Positions 13,710-27,440 of a DNA stretch of 64,000 bases are shown one piece after another. Every line of letters begins with the position of its first letter. Position 1 is the first letter of the stretch. Below the pieces are notes generated by a model. The model was not told the DNA's origin. It saw only the letters and a list, made by a program, of their open reading frames with translations, and searched no databases. The DNA is taken from the NCBI GenBank assembly GCA_965112155.1, contig OZ218105.1; one strand, given 5' to 3'. Origin of the DNA: Podarcis liolepis (taxonomy: Eukaryota). Both the position numbers and the translations under genes were made by a program.

Positions 13710-16700
13710 CTCTTGAAGGCCCTTGAAATCACATGGATGGATCAATTAGCAAGACTGTTTATTCAAAGAAGACACGTAGTAGGTCTTTTAATTCTTTCAA
13801 CATATTTTCAATGCTCCTTGTGACTTTTTGGAACCAGGCTCAATGGTTCTGAGAGAGCAGATTTATTTGTCTTTTCTTTGAAAATTGAATGATTTGGCTA
13901 TGGTACCCTCCTTGTAATGTGTCGTATTGAATTATTGTTTGGGGGGGTTATGGGTTGGGTTAGTTTTTTATTGTTTTAATTGCATTGTGTTTCTATATGC
14001 TGTAACCCAACTTGGGACCTTCTTGAAGGGTGGGTAATAAAAACAAATAATAATAATAATAAATTTAGAGAAGTATTTGCTTTGGCTCAGAGATAGTAAC
14101 TTGCCTAATGATTCCTGACTGCTCTGAGATTTGAAATAAGCAACTTTCCAGTACCCTGCTAACACTTTTAATCTCTTTGCTACATGAGGTAAATATAAAT
14201 GTCAATGTTAATTTTATAGCACTTTTAACATACAGATGGAACACTTTAGAATCTCTCATACTTAACCTTTCTAAAGCCCTGAGATAAAGGGCATTGATAT
14301 TCCCATTGTACAAATTCCAAACAGAGGGTGTGATAGTGACTCATCCAATGCTGTTTGGAGAGTTCATTAGAGGACTTATCAAATATTACCCCTCCAACAT
14401 AAGGGCTGTAGGGAGCGGGGGAGAGACAGTACACACATTTGGGCTGAAATGCATGGTAGAGACAATACAAATATTATGGCCTGTCTTGTTCAGCACCCAC
14501 CTAATTAAACTAAACTGTGCTCACCACAAAGGGTGATAGATAACGTTGGAACTGATCCCCACAGGTAAATTTTTCAACTTGATAATTTTTTCAAAAAAAA
14601 ATTTGCCCGCTCCTTATCTTAAATTCCTTTTCAGTATGCACTTCTCAGATTGAAGGCTCTCGTTCTGTTTCTTTGCTGAAACTCCTGAAATGTGCAGCTC
14701 TCTGACCTCCTTCTCCTACTGAAATCCAGATGCTTTCTCATATAACTCCTTGAGCTGAAGAATCAGAAAATAAACTTTCTCTCTCAAAGAAAACCTGCAG
14801 TCATGTAAATCTTGAGTTTGTTATATACGGCGCATGCTACAAATAATGATGACAGCTGTGGCAGTATAAGCCCGTCATCTTCTGCATGCATAATACATCT
14901 CCATCAGTCTGAAACCAATAGAAATCTTGCATATAAATAATTACTGTTGCCATTGCCCAAGAGACTCAAATAACATATATCCAGATAGCTTCTAGAGTTT
15001 AAATTTGTTTAGTTCTAAATATCAGAGGAAAAGGTATCAGCTGGGTAGGATCTGATAGGCAAATATAACTCGTAGTTCCATTTGCCTATGCAATGTTAGG
15101 TTCTTTTGTAGTTATTGTTCAGGAAACCATGCCTTGCTTAAATAAATGGTCACACAGTGTGAGACAGGTCTGTGCAACTTGTATTCCATGAAGCAATAGT
15201 CTGGTGCCGTGAACCTGAAAGCCAACAGTGGCCCACAGATGGACACAAAGGGAGAGAGGGCAGTGGCACTTATTGAGGAGGCACTGGTCTCTGGGCTGGA
15301 TTCATCCTGTTCACACAGTGTTCCTGATCACAGGGATCGTATTTACATTCAGACAAACACACTCACAATCCCCCTTCAGTTCTCTCCACTCATTGTGACA
15401 TGGTTTGAGATAGAAGCAGCACGTGCATCATCATCCCTTCACTATGAATGGCAGTTTAAAAACACCTGAATGGATCCTGAATATCTTGGATGTGTTCCAT
15501 TGGGGAGGAGAGCATCAAAACAATGGTGCATATCAGTATGCCACATTCGTGTGGTAGATCAGAGCCACAGTGCTGCTCTCTGTAGCTTATCTGGATGGCA
15601 CCGGGTGGGGCAGTGAGGTTGGGGCTACCAAGACACACCGGCAGAACCTCTCTTGCCTTCCCACTGGTGTGTCTTCATAGTCCCGACCTCACCATCACTC
15701 TGCCCCACCCAACTTCCATCCAGGTAAGTTGCAGTGACCCCAACTGCTAGTGATGCATATTGAGGAGGCAATAGAATGATGTGGATCTTTTCTTGAATAA
15801 GAAGAATGTATCTGAAATGTAGGTGTAGGAGCAATCTCATGCTTGAAAGCGGATTGTTAAGCAGTTGCAAAGGAGCTGATGAAAGATTTAGTTCGCAAGT
15901 TGAGCATGGGAAGGATTGAAACCGTATCCCATTTCCTAATTAAAAATGTGACAAAAGGAGACGCTGTAAATCTCAAAGATACTGGCTGAAGAAACCAAAC
16001 TATTTCCTGATTTCCCCCCTGCATCCTCTTATTACTCTTTAAGACTTCCCTTATTTAATGCCGCTGAGGGATAACTATAAAACGAACCGCGAAACAACTC
16101 TCTGTTTTTTCCATCACAGTGACTCTAGCGCAGACCTGATCCTCAATCTTTGGGGTGAACTAAAGTTTCCTTTAACAATGTTTGTAACAAAAACAGTGCC
16201 TAAGGGCCGATATGTGTACATGAGGCAAGTCTGCCTGGATACTTTGTTAAGCACAAGAAAGGATATGGGTTCCCATTTTTGTACATGTCATTTTCTAAAA
16301 TGATTGGTGTTGAGAAATGTATCCACTTTCCCATTAGCTTCTGTGCCTAAGGGTGTCTTGCGGCACGTCTGCACTACAAATTGACAGCCTGCTTCTAAGG
16401 AACTACAGCATCAGCTGAAGTTTTTCCATTTCTGTATCCCAAGCAGCTTGCTAAACCTGGGCATTTCTTGATCTTACCACAGACAAAGCCTTTCACTCCA
16501 TGGCAGCTCATAACATGCTGCAGAATTCAAATACAGCTGGCCTCCACCTCTCATGACCTACCAAAAGCAGCCCAGTAGCCATGAATCATCAGCTCACCAC
16601 AACCCATTTTTACAGCCCTACAGCATATTAGGTCTCTTGGTGGGCCACCATTCATGGTTGATGAGCTGCATTCAGCTTGGTGAGCCACAGCACAAATTGT

Positions 16701-16946
16701 GGCAGCTTGCTCCATTTGGAATTTTTGATTCTGCAGCATATTTGGAATTCTGAGGAATGACAGCCAATGTTTGGATATTGGTTCATATGTTGATACCTCC
16801 ATTGTTTTCTGTTGTGTTCTTTTTTCTAATTAATGTCTTACATATTTCTTGGGGAAAGAGGGGGAAAGAGCCTGTTGGATGCATTTATCAACAAATGATA
16901 GTACGAGAAGCTAATGTGGATCTTTCTCCCTTCCCTCTGCTCTCAG

Positions 16947-17097
16947 GTAACAAGTTCTGGGTCTTCAAGGACACTACTCTCCAGCCAGGATATCCTCACG
17001 ATTTGATAACATTGGGCAGTGGGATTCCACCCCATGGTATTGATTCAGCAATTTGGTGGGAAGACGTTGGGAAAACCTACTTCTTCAAAGGAGATAG
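16947..17097 (+). CDS. MMP16: MMP16 internal coding exon (hemopexin; mammalian exon 8)
   Basis: Pyrimidine tract + ctcag|GT AAC and donor GATAG|gttggt. The 151 nt give (G)NKFWVFKDTTLQPGYPHDLITLGSGIPPHGIDSAIWWEDVGKTYFFKGD(R). Phase matches the previous exon. Confidence 0.97.
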
Positions 17098-20000
17098 GTT
17101 GGTATATTCATCCTGGAAGGGAATAATCAACCTGTTATTTTCATAGCATTTGTGTATGACTGGTTGTGTTCCTTTGTTTTCCAATGGCCTTGTGAAAAAT
17201 ATTACACACATGGAATTTTTAGTGTTGGGTTGACTGTTTACTATTTCAAGGCTTTATATGTACACTTCCACACAGGTTAAGACCCGTATCTTTTGTGTTT
17301 GCCCAACTATTATAAATCTTCTCTGTCAAGGGGTCTCTGAGGTTTCAGGTTCTACTGTGCACGTTCACTTGTCATTTGTTTTCATTTAGCCTGCAATTAA
17401 TTGTTTTATATACATCTTACAGGTGATGTCAAATAACTTCAGAGACCTAGGTACTGAAAGTTTTCAATGAATTTGCATATTTTTCTATCTCCCTTCACTT
17501 CTGTGCTCGTACTTTTGAAATCCTAGCACAAAAGAATTTAGGGTCACAACACTGAAAACAAAGTGTTACAATTTCAGTATGAGTTTGGCGACAGAAATGG
17601 AGGATGAAGGAAGACCTACAATCTGCTTCGTACTCTCAGAGCAGTTTAGCTTTATGCATTATGTTATTGTGTGAAGCAAGTGTTGTGCATGGACTGCTTC
17701 TAAAATGAACTGTGACTTTTGTTAATGCATTGTTTTAATCCTCAGTGCTCTTGGTAGTTAAGCAGGGTTTATCTCAACATGGCAAACAAGCACTGATAGA
17801 GGAAGGAGATTTAGCTCTACCTTGCTCCAGTTCCGTGCTGCTCTGTCTCCCCAACTTCCTGCTGCCTTATTTTGGATCAAGATGAAGCTGTGGCAAAGAT
17901 TGGTCCTAGTGTTTTGTCCTTCTGCAGAAAGATTAGCAGAGAGCAGAACGTCTAGTACAGAGGCATGAATCAATTCCCCCTTGGACCCTAAAGGCGATGG
18001 GAAGTCATGCTGTGACTTCTGTCTGTCTTAAGGGGACCTTGGCACCACCAAAATATTTTTCTGCCTAGCTCATGTTTTCTACTTTGATAGTATCTCAATG
18101 ATTTCAACCTTTTGCAAGGGAGATATGTATGGAGCTACCTTAACACTGAGGTGTCCTTGCTTATTTGGAAGCTCTGTGTGAGATTTGGAGCTCCTGAATG
18201 TGTAGCACTGACCAAAGTGCAACTCCTGTTGCCTAGATGCTTATAGAAACCACAGGAGAAAGGACTTTTCCTCATTTCCTTCATGGTCAGGTCACAGCTG
18301 TGCAGCTGTAAATAGTTATGGGCCTTCCTCTGATATTCAAATCCACTTGGAAACACTTGAATGTATAGAAGCTCTCAGTATATTGAATAACATTGTGTAT
18401 ATATGCAATTCAGGGAATGAACCCTGTGTGTGTAACTAGATTTCCTGGTGTTTTTTCATATATATATTTTCAGCATAAAATACAATAAAAACAGATTAAT
18501 CTAAATGAAAATGAAAAAAGAAAATAACATAAAAGGGAAAAAAGAGAAAGAGGAGAAGAAAGAAAAAATACAAAGCGGTCTAGCAGAGGTAGAACTTGAC
18601 GCTTGTTTCACACAAAAGGGTATGGACCTTCCCAGCAGTCACCTGTAGCTTCCCTTCCTTCTCCCAGCCTCCCACCTTGGGAGATCTCCCCTTCCCTGTC
18701 TCTCATACAGGATCTTTTGCCTTCCATCAATCATCTTCCTGTGCATTTCTCAAAAGATAAAACGCAGGCAAAAGTAGAGTGGATAGAAGGAAAATGTGAA
18801 AGAGAAAACACAAGAAATAAAGAAATAAGAAATAAAGATTAAAAAAAATAAAAAGAAAGAGAGACAGAGAAGAATATAGCACCAAAAATTTTACTGGGCA
18901 CCATAGGTAGTAGGAGCCATAGAGTGTGAGAGACTCTCAGTTGCATCCCTGCAAGCATGCATGCTGTTTAAATCTTTCCCCCAACTGTGCTGCTAATTTT
19001 GTTTGCCTTTCTGAGCTATATAAGTCTATATTATGAAGACTGCCACAATCATTTTTATAAATGGAGCCTTCTTTTCTGTGTACCAGCCTTGGGAGAAGAA
19101 GTAGGCAACATCTTGATGCCTGAAAAGTATGTTTAATTTCAAGCATATTGCAATCAGCATCTACTGTGAACAAAACCTGTCCTATAGTTTGTCTCCTGCA
19201 GATAGGGAGATTTGTTATTTTTTAAAGTTTATTCCAGGGCAACAGTTTTCAACCTGCAGGTTCTTGGGACCAAGACAATGGTTGGCATCCTATTTCTGCA
19301 TTTGTGACTTACACTTTCTGTAAGTTTTATTCGATTGAGGTTTTGTATAGTAGGTTTATTTCCAAAGGCAGCTATGCTAAGTCAAGGTCTTCCTAAAATA
19401 CTATTAGCTTGAGCAATATACTTTTAAAAAAAGCAACCTAGAGGGAACTATCAAAGGAAACTTCTGCTGATGGAGAGGCTGCTACTTAGAACTGTAACAA
19501 GCATAATGAACCTCAGCAGGACATAAATGCAATACTGTATGTAAGAAGAAGATCGAAGAACATGAGCCATGCCAAGATAATTGAGCTATTACAGGATATT
19601 GACCACCAGTGGGAATAAGCCCATATCCCACTAAGCTTCACAGTACATATTGTTTATATCACCTTCTTCCCTCCCCTCCCCTTCTTAATGTAATGTTAGA
19701 GTTGAATCCTCCTGCTGGTTTTAATTGCATGAATAAGCCTATTACGGTTTTCTTTCTGAATTAGGACAACCCACTGTTGCTTCTTTAGTAGCAATGAGGT
19801 TGTCAGGCATGAAAGAGACAGGCAAGAGGTGATGCCAAAGTCAAAGAAGCAAAATGGCCTCCCTGCTAAGACCGTGAAAATATGCTGTAGTCCTCTTAGG
19901 AGAAAAATGTGCCTGGAAAACCACAAGGAGAATGTACACATGAATGAGGAAGTCCCAAGGAAGTGATATAAATAGAAAAGTACACAACCATGCTGGATAA

Positions 20001-20431
20001 ATCTATACTGATTTTTCTACTGAGTACAATCTTGAATTAATCCCATGAAGTAGGGTTTGTCCAGCAGATCTCAGTTAAATTTGCTATAGCTGTGCAAGAG
20101 ACAGTGCCAGAGGACTTTATCTATACTTTGCTTGAATGCCTGTTGGCTTTGTTTTTGTTTTTGTTTTAAAAAAAACAGTTGGCTCTCTTCCCCTTATTAC
20201 CCTGTTTCTGAACTCACTTGCAGCTTTGTAATTGGAGGCCATGGTGATCAAACCCATTTTATCTTTGAATTTTGCCACTAGTGAACCTCTTTTTCTGTCC
20301 ATGGAAAGATGGACTTCATTTGTTCAGTGATTTTAATCTATGTGCAGGCAGATTCTGTGCACCCTTCCTCTAAAAAAAAATAAAAACCTGAGAATTAAGC
20401 TCTGTGTTGATTTGGTTTATACATTTATTTA

Positions 20432-20434
<3 letters not shown>

Positions 20435-20474
<40 letters not shown>

Positions 20475-23110
20475 TATTCAGTTTGTATACTACCCTCCAT
20501 CGGTACATCTCAGGATGGCTGACAATGTAAACATACAAGATAAAAACAGAAATTATATAATAAAAGCAAGAGCAAAACAAAAACAATAAATACCCTCCCC
20601 CATATAATATAATTTTGGGGCATTTATATAGTGCTTAAATCGAATAGTACACAATCAAGATTAAAGCTATAAAAACAGAATTCAGTTAAAATACCTACTG
20701 GACTCTTCTTTATTCTTTGGCAATCAGCCGTAGCTGAGTAAGATTGTCTTCCATAAACACTGTTTTAACAGTGAGTCCGTAAGTGACTGTGGAGGCCAGT
20801 TCTGGATCCCCATGTTGTTCCACAGTGAGGACATAGGTTTCTGGGTGGGAGTAGATCAAGGTGAGGGTTTGCCAAACGTGCCTTCCTCTTAGCATGTTTC
20901 TCCCTTTCGTCCTGAGTTCGAGCATCTTCAAAGCCCATGACGCCTTTGGTAAAGGCTATTTTCCAACTGGACCGCTCACAGACCAGTATTTCCCAGTTGT
21001 CAGTGTTTATACTACTTTTTTTTAGATTTGCCTTGGGAGAGTATTTAAACCCCTTTTGTTGACCACCAGCATTATGCTTTCCATTTTTTAAGTTCAGAAT
21101 AGAGTAGCTGTTTCGGAGGATGATAATCAGGCATCCGTACAACATGACCAGTCCAACGAAGTTGATGTTGAAGAATCATTGCTTCAACACTGGTGATCTT
21201 TGCTTTTTCCAGTAAACTGGCATTAGTTCGCCTGTCTTCCCAAGTGATATGCAATTTTTTTCAGAGACACCTTGGTGGAATCTTTCGAGGAGTTAGATGA
21301 CATTTATAAGTGGTCCATGTTTCACAAGTGTAAACAAGCATTTTTGTTTCCCTGCGAATGTCCCAGTCCTCAAACACTCTTCACTTCAATCAGGAGAAAG
21401 CTGCACTCGCAGAGCTCAGGCAATGCTGGATTTCAGCATCAATGTCAGCCCTTGTGGAAAGATAGCTACCCAGGTAGAAGTGAACAACATTTTCCAATGT
21501 TACAATGTTAAGTTGGATTTGTGGCGCTGCAGAGGGGTTGTTTTGTGCTTGTTGGTGCAGCACTTTGTTTTTTTTGGATGTTGAGTGATAGGCCAAGCTT
21601 TTCGTAAGCTTCTGTGAAGATATTTAGGATGGTCTGGAGGTCATCCTCTGAGTATGTACACACTATGTTGTCATCAGCATATTGAAGCTCGATGATGGAA
21701 GTTATAATAACCTTACTCTTTGCTTTCAACCTACTCAAGTTAAAGAACTTTCACATCGGGTTGATATATGATTTCTACCCTGGTGGGGAGTTTTCCTTCA
21801 ACAGTGTGTAGGAACATGACAATGAAAATAATAAATTGAGTTGGGGAGATAACACAACCCCGTTTAACATCTGATCCCACTGTGAATGGTTCACTTTGAG
21901 AGCCATTGTTATCTGCAATTGTTGCCGTCATATTATCGTGGAGGAGCCGGAGGATGTTCACAAATTTATCTGGGCACCCAATTTCAGAAGGACAGTCCAC
22001 AGGGCATTACTATTTACAGTGTTGAAGGCCTTAGGTCAATAAACACCATATACAGGGGTTGGTTTTGCTCTCTGCATTTTTCTTGAAGCTGTTGAGTGGT
22101 GAAAATCATGTCCACTGTCCCCCTAGAAGGTCGAAAACCATTTTGGGATTCAGGAAGTGTAGCCTCAGATATAGTTAGAAGACAGTTTGCTAAGATCCTT
22201 GCAAGAATTTTGCTGGCCTCCGCTAATAAAGAGATGCCTCAGTAGTTTCCACAGTCCATTCTATCACCTTTTTTAAAAAAAGGTTGATAATTTTGGCATC
22301 CGTAAAATCTGCTGGGATCTGTTTTCTCTCCCAGATTTTTTTCAATGAGCTTGTGAAGTTGTTGTGTAAGTTCAATTCCGCCCACTTTGAAGACATCGGA
22401 AGGCATCCCATCAGGTCTGCTGGCTTTGTTGTTTTTCATTTGGTTAATAGCTGTACACAACTCTCCCAGATTTGGAGATACTGAAAGCTCATCTCTAATT
22501 TGTTTTTGTGGAATTTTTGAGAGGACCTCAGCAGCTGTGGCTATGGAGATGCTGGTAATGTTCTTTCCAGTGCAATGCAATAGTTTCTTTTTTTTTTAAA
22601 GTGTGGTACCGTCTGTTGAGTGTAGGGGGCATATGCCATTATTTATTGGTCCATAGGTGATCATTGTGACTTTAAAGAAACTCTGTGCATCATGAGTGTC
22701 GGCTAAGTGCTGAATCTCTTGAGCTTTTTTTAATCCACCAGGTGTTCTTTAGTTCTCTAGATCTTCTTTGAACCTTAGCATTGGCATAGGTTTTTTTTCT
22801 TAGTGGCACAGTTTCTATCTCTTTGCCAGATCTGAAATGCCTTCATTTTCTTCTCAATAATGTGTTCAATCTCACTATCATTCTCATATCACCAGTCCTG
22901 GTGTTTGAAATACTTACTGGAATAAAGTCTTCAGCAGGGACTAGAAGTTTGAATGGGAGGGGGCTTGGCTGACCTCAACTGGAAAGGAGTTCCATAAAAT
23001 TGGGCTCACAGTATGGAGCACACAGCTCCTGGAGAAAATGAGCCGTGCATCTGACCACTAACAGTCACTCCCCCAAAGATCTCAGTTATTGGTCAGATTG
23101 CCATTAAGTA
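20435..23110 (-). mobile_element. Old L2 3' fragment interrupted by the RTE insertion (L2 parts ~20435-20690 and ~22922-23110)
   Basis: (TTA)n tail with tttgtatactaccct...tcaggatggctgaca on the left. L2-type ggaaaggagttccataaaattggg on the right. Confidence 0.55.
20703..22907 (-). mobile_element. 5'-truncated, frameshifted RTE-clade LINE (reverse transcriptase and C-terminal C2H2-like region)
   Basis: Minus-strand fragments MKNNKASRPDG, KKGDRMDCGNY, ELQYADD, QLRWTGHVVRM..PKQLLYSEL and CPHCG...GLHSHLRTH. TSD AAATACCTACTGGA (20689-20702) / AAATACTTACTGGA (22908-22921). Confidence 0.93.
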
Positions 23111-24092
23111 AATCAAATTTACTTCTGAATTAGCATGTCTCAGACTGTTTTGTTAAACCTCTGATGAACTGAGAACTTAAGATAGCCTCCATGTCTGAAT
23201 CATGTGAAGAATATAGTCTATAGTTACCAGGGGGGTGGGTCCACACTGCTGACCAGTTCCCCAGCATCAGAGATGCTCCTGCTCCTGCTAGGACATCTGC
23301 TGTGAAGAAATCTATGGATGAGCTCACTTACAGGCTTCTTTAGAACAGAGATCTAGGGGTCTAGGGTCGAGCGATGTGGCAAACATTCCCCAGTAATGTT
23401 ATGATGTGATTGATACCTGAGGAAGACTAATGAATGTAGGATCAAATGGACATTTTCAATGAAAATTATACAAACTGCTTTCTTATTTTGAAACACTCCC
23501 CCCTCCGGTGTGTGTCTCTCTTCATTCATATGTAATTTCTGACACATAGTTGTGACCGAAAGTGAATTTTTATTGACTGTGAAAATACTGCAGAAAGACC
23601 ACTCATCTCTTTTCTCACCTATCATAAAACATGAAGAAAAAAGAGTTTTATTCATGCTTTAGGGAATGGATAGAAGCCTTTTTTCTAATAACTAAAATGA
23701 CTTCGTCTCAAAACATCGCACATGATTTTAAGCTTAATCTTGAAAACAAAAAGCCTTTGGCAGATCAGCAACAAAATATATTTGGCATGCACAGTGAACT
23801 TCTGCTGGGAGGAAGCCTCTAGAATAAAGATTTATTTTTTAGAAATATTATGGGGAAAACCCAGCAATTTCTATAAGATACGCTGCTCAATTCAATGCAC
23901 ATGGAAGAGCACCCAATTGTTTTCTGAAAGGCTGACTGTCATGCAGGTGGAGGTGGAAGTGCAGCTGCATGTTTAAAGCCAGATTTTTTAAAAAGCATGA
24001 TAAGCAGGATTGAAAGAACCCTGAACTGATACGGCAGAAGTTTTGGCTTAGCCCTTCCTTCATGACCAGCCCTTTGTGTGGCCTACAAAGTT

Positions 24093-24421
24093 GTATACCT
24101 GAAGGAGCGTCTCCACCCCCATCGTTCAGCCCGGACACTGAGATCCAGCGCCGAGGGCCTTCTGGCGGTTCCCTCATTGCGAGAAGTGAGGCTACAGGGA
24201 ACCAGACAGAGGGCCTTCTCGGTAGTGGCGCCCACCCTGTGGAACGCCCTCCCAACAGGTGTCAAAGAGATAAATAATTACCTGACATTCAGAAGACATC
24301 TTAAGGCAGCCCTGTCCAGGGAAGTTTTTAATATGTAATGCTGTGCTGTTTTTAACACTGATTGGGAGCCGCCCAGAGTGGCTGGGGAAACTCAGCCAGA
24401 TGGGCGGGGTATAAATAATAA

Positions 24422-24452
<31 letters not shown>
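24093..24452 (+). mobile_element. Young L2 LINE 3' end with (ATT)n tail
   Basis: VYLKERLHPHRSARTLRSS...RAFSVVAPTLWNALP...FRRHLKAAL, then a 3' UTR stem-loop and microsatellite tail. Confidence 0.9.
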
Positions 24453-24454
<2 letters not shown>

Positions 24455-24574
24455 CCACTTTGCTTTGGCTGGGACAACACTGGGGCTGCCTCTGCCTTTT
24501 GGTGCTGAGCACTGCTCACAGCACATTGCAAGAACATGGTTAGGCAATCACAAGCAGCCCACAGAATAAGCAAA

Positions 24575-24684
24575 ATCTGGTACCCACCCAACCAACAAGA
24601 CTCCATCTTCTCAGGATTCAGACTCACTTTATTGCCCCTTGTGCAGTCTAACATTGCACTCAGATACCCCTCTGGGTCTTTCAC
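24575..24684 (-). mobile_element. Degraded L2 RT fragment
   Basis: YLSAMLDCTRGNKVSLNPEKME resembles the L2 motif CL.AV..WM..NKLKLNP.KTE. Confidence 0.55.
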
Positions 24685-25406
24685 AGCTTTTTCTGATTCA
24701 AATGTAAAACTTCACATCTTAAGCATATTGACAACACCTTGCCTTAAAATAGTATTGAAGTGTAATCTTGTGCACATTACTAGAAGTAAGGTTCACTGTG
24801 TTATGTGGGGCTTACTCCTGTGTAAATATGCATAGGATTACAGCCTTAGTGATTCTGAATTTGTGCACTGCTGCTGCTGCTGTTGTTGTTTTGTTTTACT
24901 GCAAATATTTCTCTGTACCCAGATTTAGCATGTACAGAATTCAGCATATTGAATTATTTAATGCATATTGCATGATTGGGTAACAAAAGACTCCTGTAAA
25001 GCATTCATAAGAGAAGAGTTAAGATTGCTGTGGGAACCTTAACTCAGAGTTTAATGGCTTGTGTGTGATTAAAACTTCAACTGAAACATTATTATGGATC
25101 TTTGCATATAATGTTCCTCCTTGTGCGGCTTTGTAGAACCCCTAGGCATCAGAGTTGTTCTGATTATGCAGAAGGCGCTTGTTGATTTGGTTTTCAAACT
25201 AGGCAAATCTTTTTATCTACTGTGCCCTTACTAGAAACAGCTGTCCAATCAGCAAGCAGATAAAACTCCTTTGTTACCTGGGAATGTACCTAAAGCAGGA
25301 AGGATGTTGTTGCCCTGATTTCATCATTTCACTCAGTGTTTCTTCTCTGACATTGAAAATAGGCATTCATAAATGCATATTCTAATCTTGTAGCTTTGTT
25401 TATTAG

Positions 25407-25522
25407 GTACTGGAGGTACAGTGAAGATATGAGAACTATGGATCCTGGTTATCCCAAACCAATCACAATATGGAAAGGTATCCCAGAATCACCTCAGGGA
25501 GCCTTTGTCCACAAAGAAAATG
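25407..25522 (+). CDS. MMP16: MMP16 internal coding exon (hemopexin; mammalian exon 9), absent from the ORF track
   Basis: Acceptor tattag|G TAC TGG and donor AAT G|gtatgt. The 116 nt give (R)YWRYSEDMRTMDPGYPKPITIWKGIPESPQGAFVHKEN(G). Phases match both neighbouring exons. Confidence 0.97.
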
Positions 25523-27141
25523 GTATGTAGCTTCTTGTGCATGTTATTGTTCTTTAATAAAATAATCTTCCTGATCTGCAGACCATCTTTTGAGTACCTC
25601 ACTTTTTCGAGCGGTGCCTCGCTACCTGAATTTACACTGCTTTGTAACCCCATGTCAGCACACCTATAAATAGATGCTTTTGGATTTCTGATTTTTTTTC
25701 ATATTCTACTTGTTCTCAGATTGTTTCCATATTAATCTTTGAATCCAGTGATTGGGAATCCCATCTTCTTTCTTCAGACTCATAGGTCAAGATGGTGGAA
25801 CAGGGGAAGTGTAAATATACATTTCTCCCCATGTCATTCACTCACTGAAAATTTGCCACCCAGAGCTGCTATTTGCTGCAGATTACAATAATATAGTGTC
25901 ATTTCCAAATCAATCCAGAATGGGATTTTCTTGTTAGAGTTTGCCCATCTCTTGTGTATGCTGTTTCTCTATCACTTTGAGCCTTATTCTCCAAACACTG
26001 GTTCACCGCTTCTGGATTTAGTCTGAGTATAATTTGCTTGCGTTGTGCAAATTTTTTCCCCATTGGCTTTATCCAGGTGAATCTACTTTTGTGCTGTGGA
26101 GCACACAATTGCAAAGTGTTATCACAAGTTCGTTGCTATTTGATGCAAAATAAAGAAGAACAAGGGATGAAGCAGTGGTTTTGAACCTAAGTTTACATCA
26201 GTACTAAATTATTTATTGCAAAGGTATACTAAACTATATTGCACATTTATGTAACCACTATAACTCCTGGACTAAGACGAAGCACCATAGACTTTTCTTG
26301 ATGCTGAAAGTTGCCATTATGTGCATATTAATTACTGCCCTCAACAATTTGATGATGTGGTCTTGAGAGTGAAATAAAGATATGGGATTGCAACCAGTTT
26401 CACTTGCTACGTACCTCTAGCTCTGCATATGTGATTGATTTAACAGAGATTGGGGGTTTTTTTGTCCCTTCCTTCTTCCCTCAGGACGTGTCTCCCCTGT
26501 AAAAGATTATGAGACATTTCCCCCTAGTTTAGAATCTTTATTCCTTCCTTTGGCTCAAATATCTAATTTCTGCAGGCAACATTTTCTTCTCGGGAATACT
26601 CTTAATCACTTCCTTGCTTTAAGTCTGTTTCATCCATCAATAGAAAATCTTTCCTGAGCTGAGCATTTTGGGTGGGTGAGGGTGGAAGTTTCTTTTTTTG
26701 CAGCAGGAAACTAGTTTGTGCAACTAATTTATTGCCATAAAAACTAGTTTTATTTGTGTGTGCATATATATATACACATACATACACACACACACACACA
26801 CACACTCAAATGTCTCTATAAAGACTTGTGTTAAAGTATATATAGTATCTGATGCACTAGGTAAAATTGGGTATGCATTTCAAATAAATTGGGCTCCAGT
26901 GTAAATACAGAGTGGTAAATGTGTCAAGGCATCTTCAGTCACTTCTATAAGGTGTGTGAGAGGTTGGGGAGAGCATTCCCAGATTCACAGCAGTGAATGG
27001 TGTTGTTGTTGCACACAAATATGCTCTATGTGTGGATCAGAGCTGATAAGAGTAATCTCATGCTGTATTAGCTGGCTTCCTTAAATGTATTACATTTAAC
27101 CAATAAACATGCAAGTAGGAGTTGTGAACATATCACAAGTA

Positions 27142-27370
27142 TAGTGGTACCTTGGTTTTCAAATGTAATCCATTCCAGAAGACCATTTGACTTCCAAAAC
27201 GTTCGAAAACTGAAGCATGCATTTCTGACCAGAAAACTCAATATGGAAGCCATGTGGCACATTTGGTTTCCGAAAAGCGTTCAAAAACCGAAGCAGTTAC
27301 TTCTGGGTTTTCAATGTTCAAAAGCCAAAACGTTTGACTTCCGAGATGTCTGAAAACCAAGGTACCACTG
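27142..27370. mobile_element. Tigger/pogo-like MITE
   Basis: TIR (T/C)AGTGGTACCTTGGTTTTC / GAAAACCAAGGTACCACTG with TA TSD. Confidence 0.88.
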
Positions 27371-27440
27371 TATTTTCAGTGCATCATACTGATGTGCAAA
27401 TAAAGCCTTTGTTGCACCTTCTAATCACTATAATATAAGG

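Noticed and set aside
6635-16946. Alternative terminal exon for the short soluble human MT3-MMP isoform
   Set aside because: I could not recognise a homologous peptide in this intron. A TBLASTN search would be needed to exclude it.
18440-18890. Purine-rich block as an antisense L1 3' end
   Set aside because: The composition is suggestive, but I found no TSD or coding remnant, so it is left uncalled.
20703-22907. Active or domesticated reverse transcriptase gene
   Set aside because: It is 5'-truncated, split across many frames and has stops and deletions.
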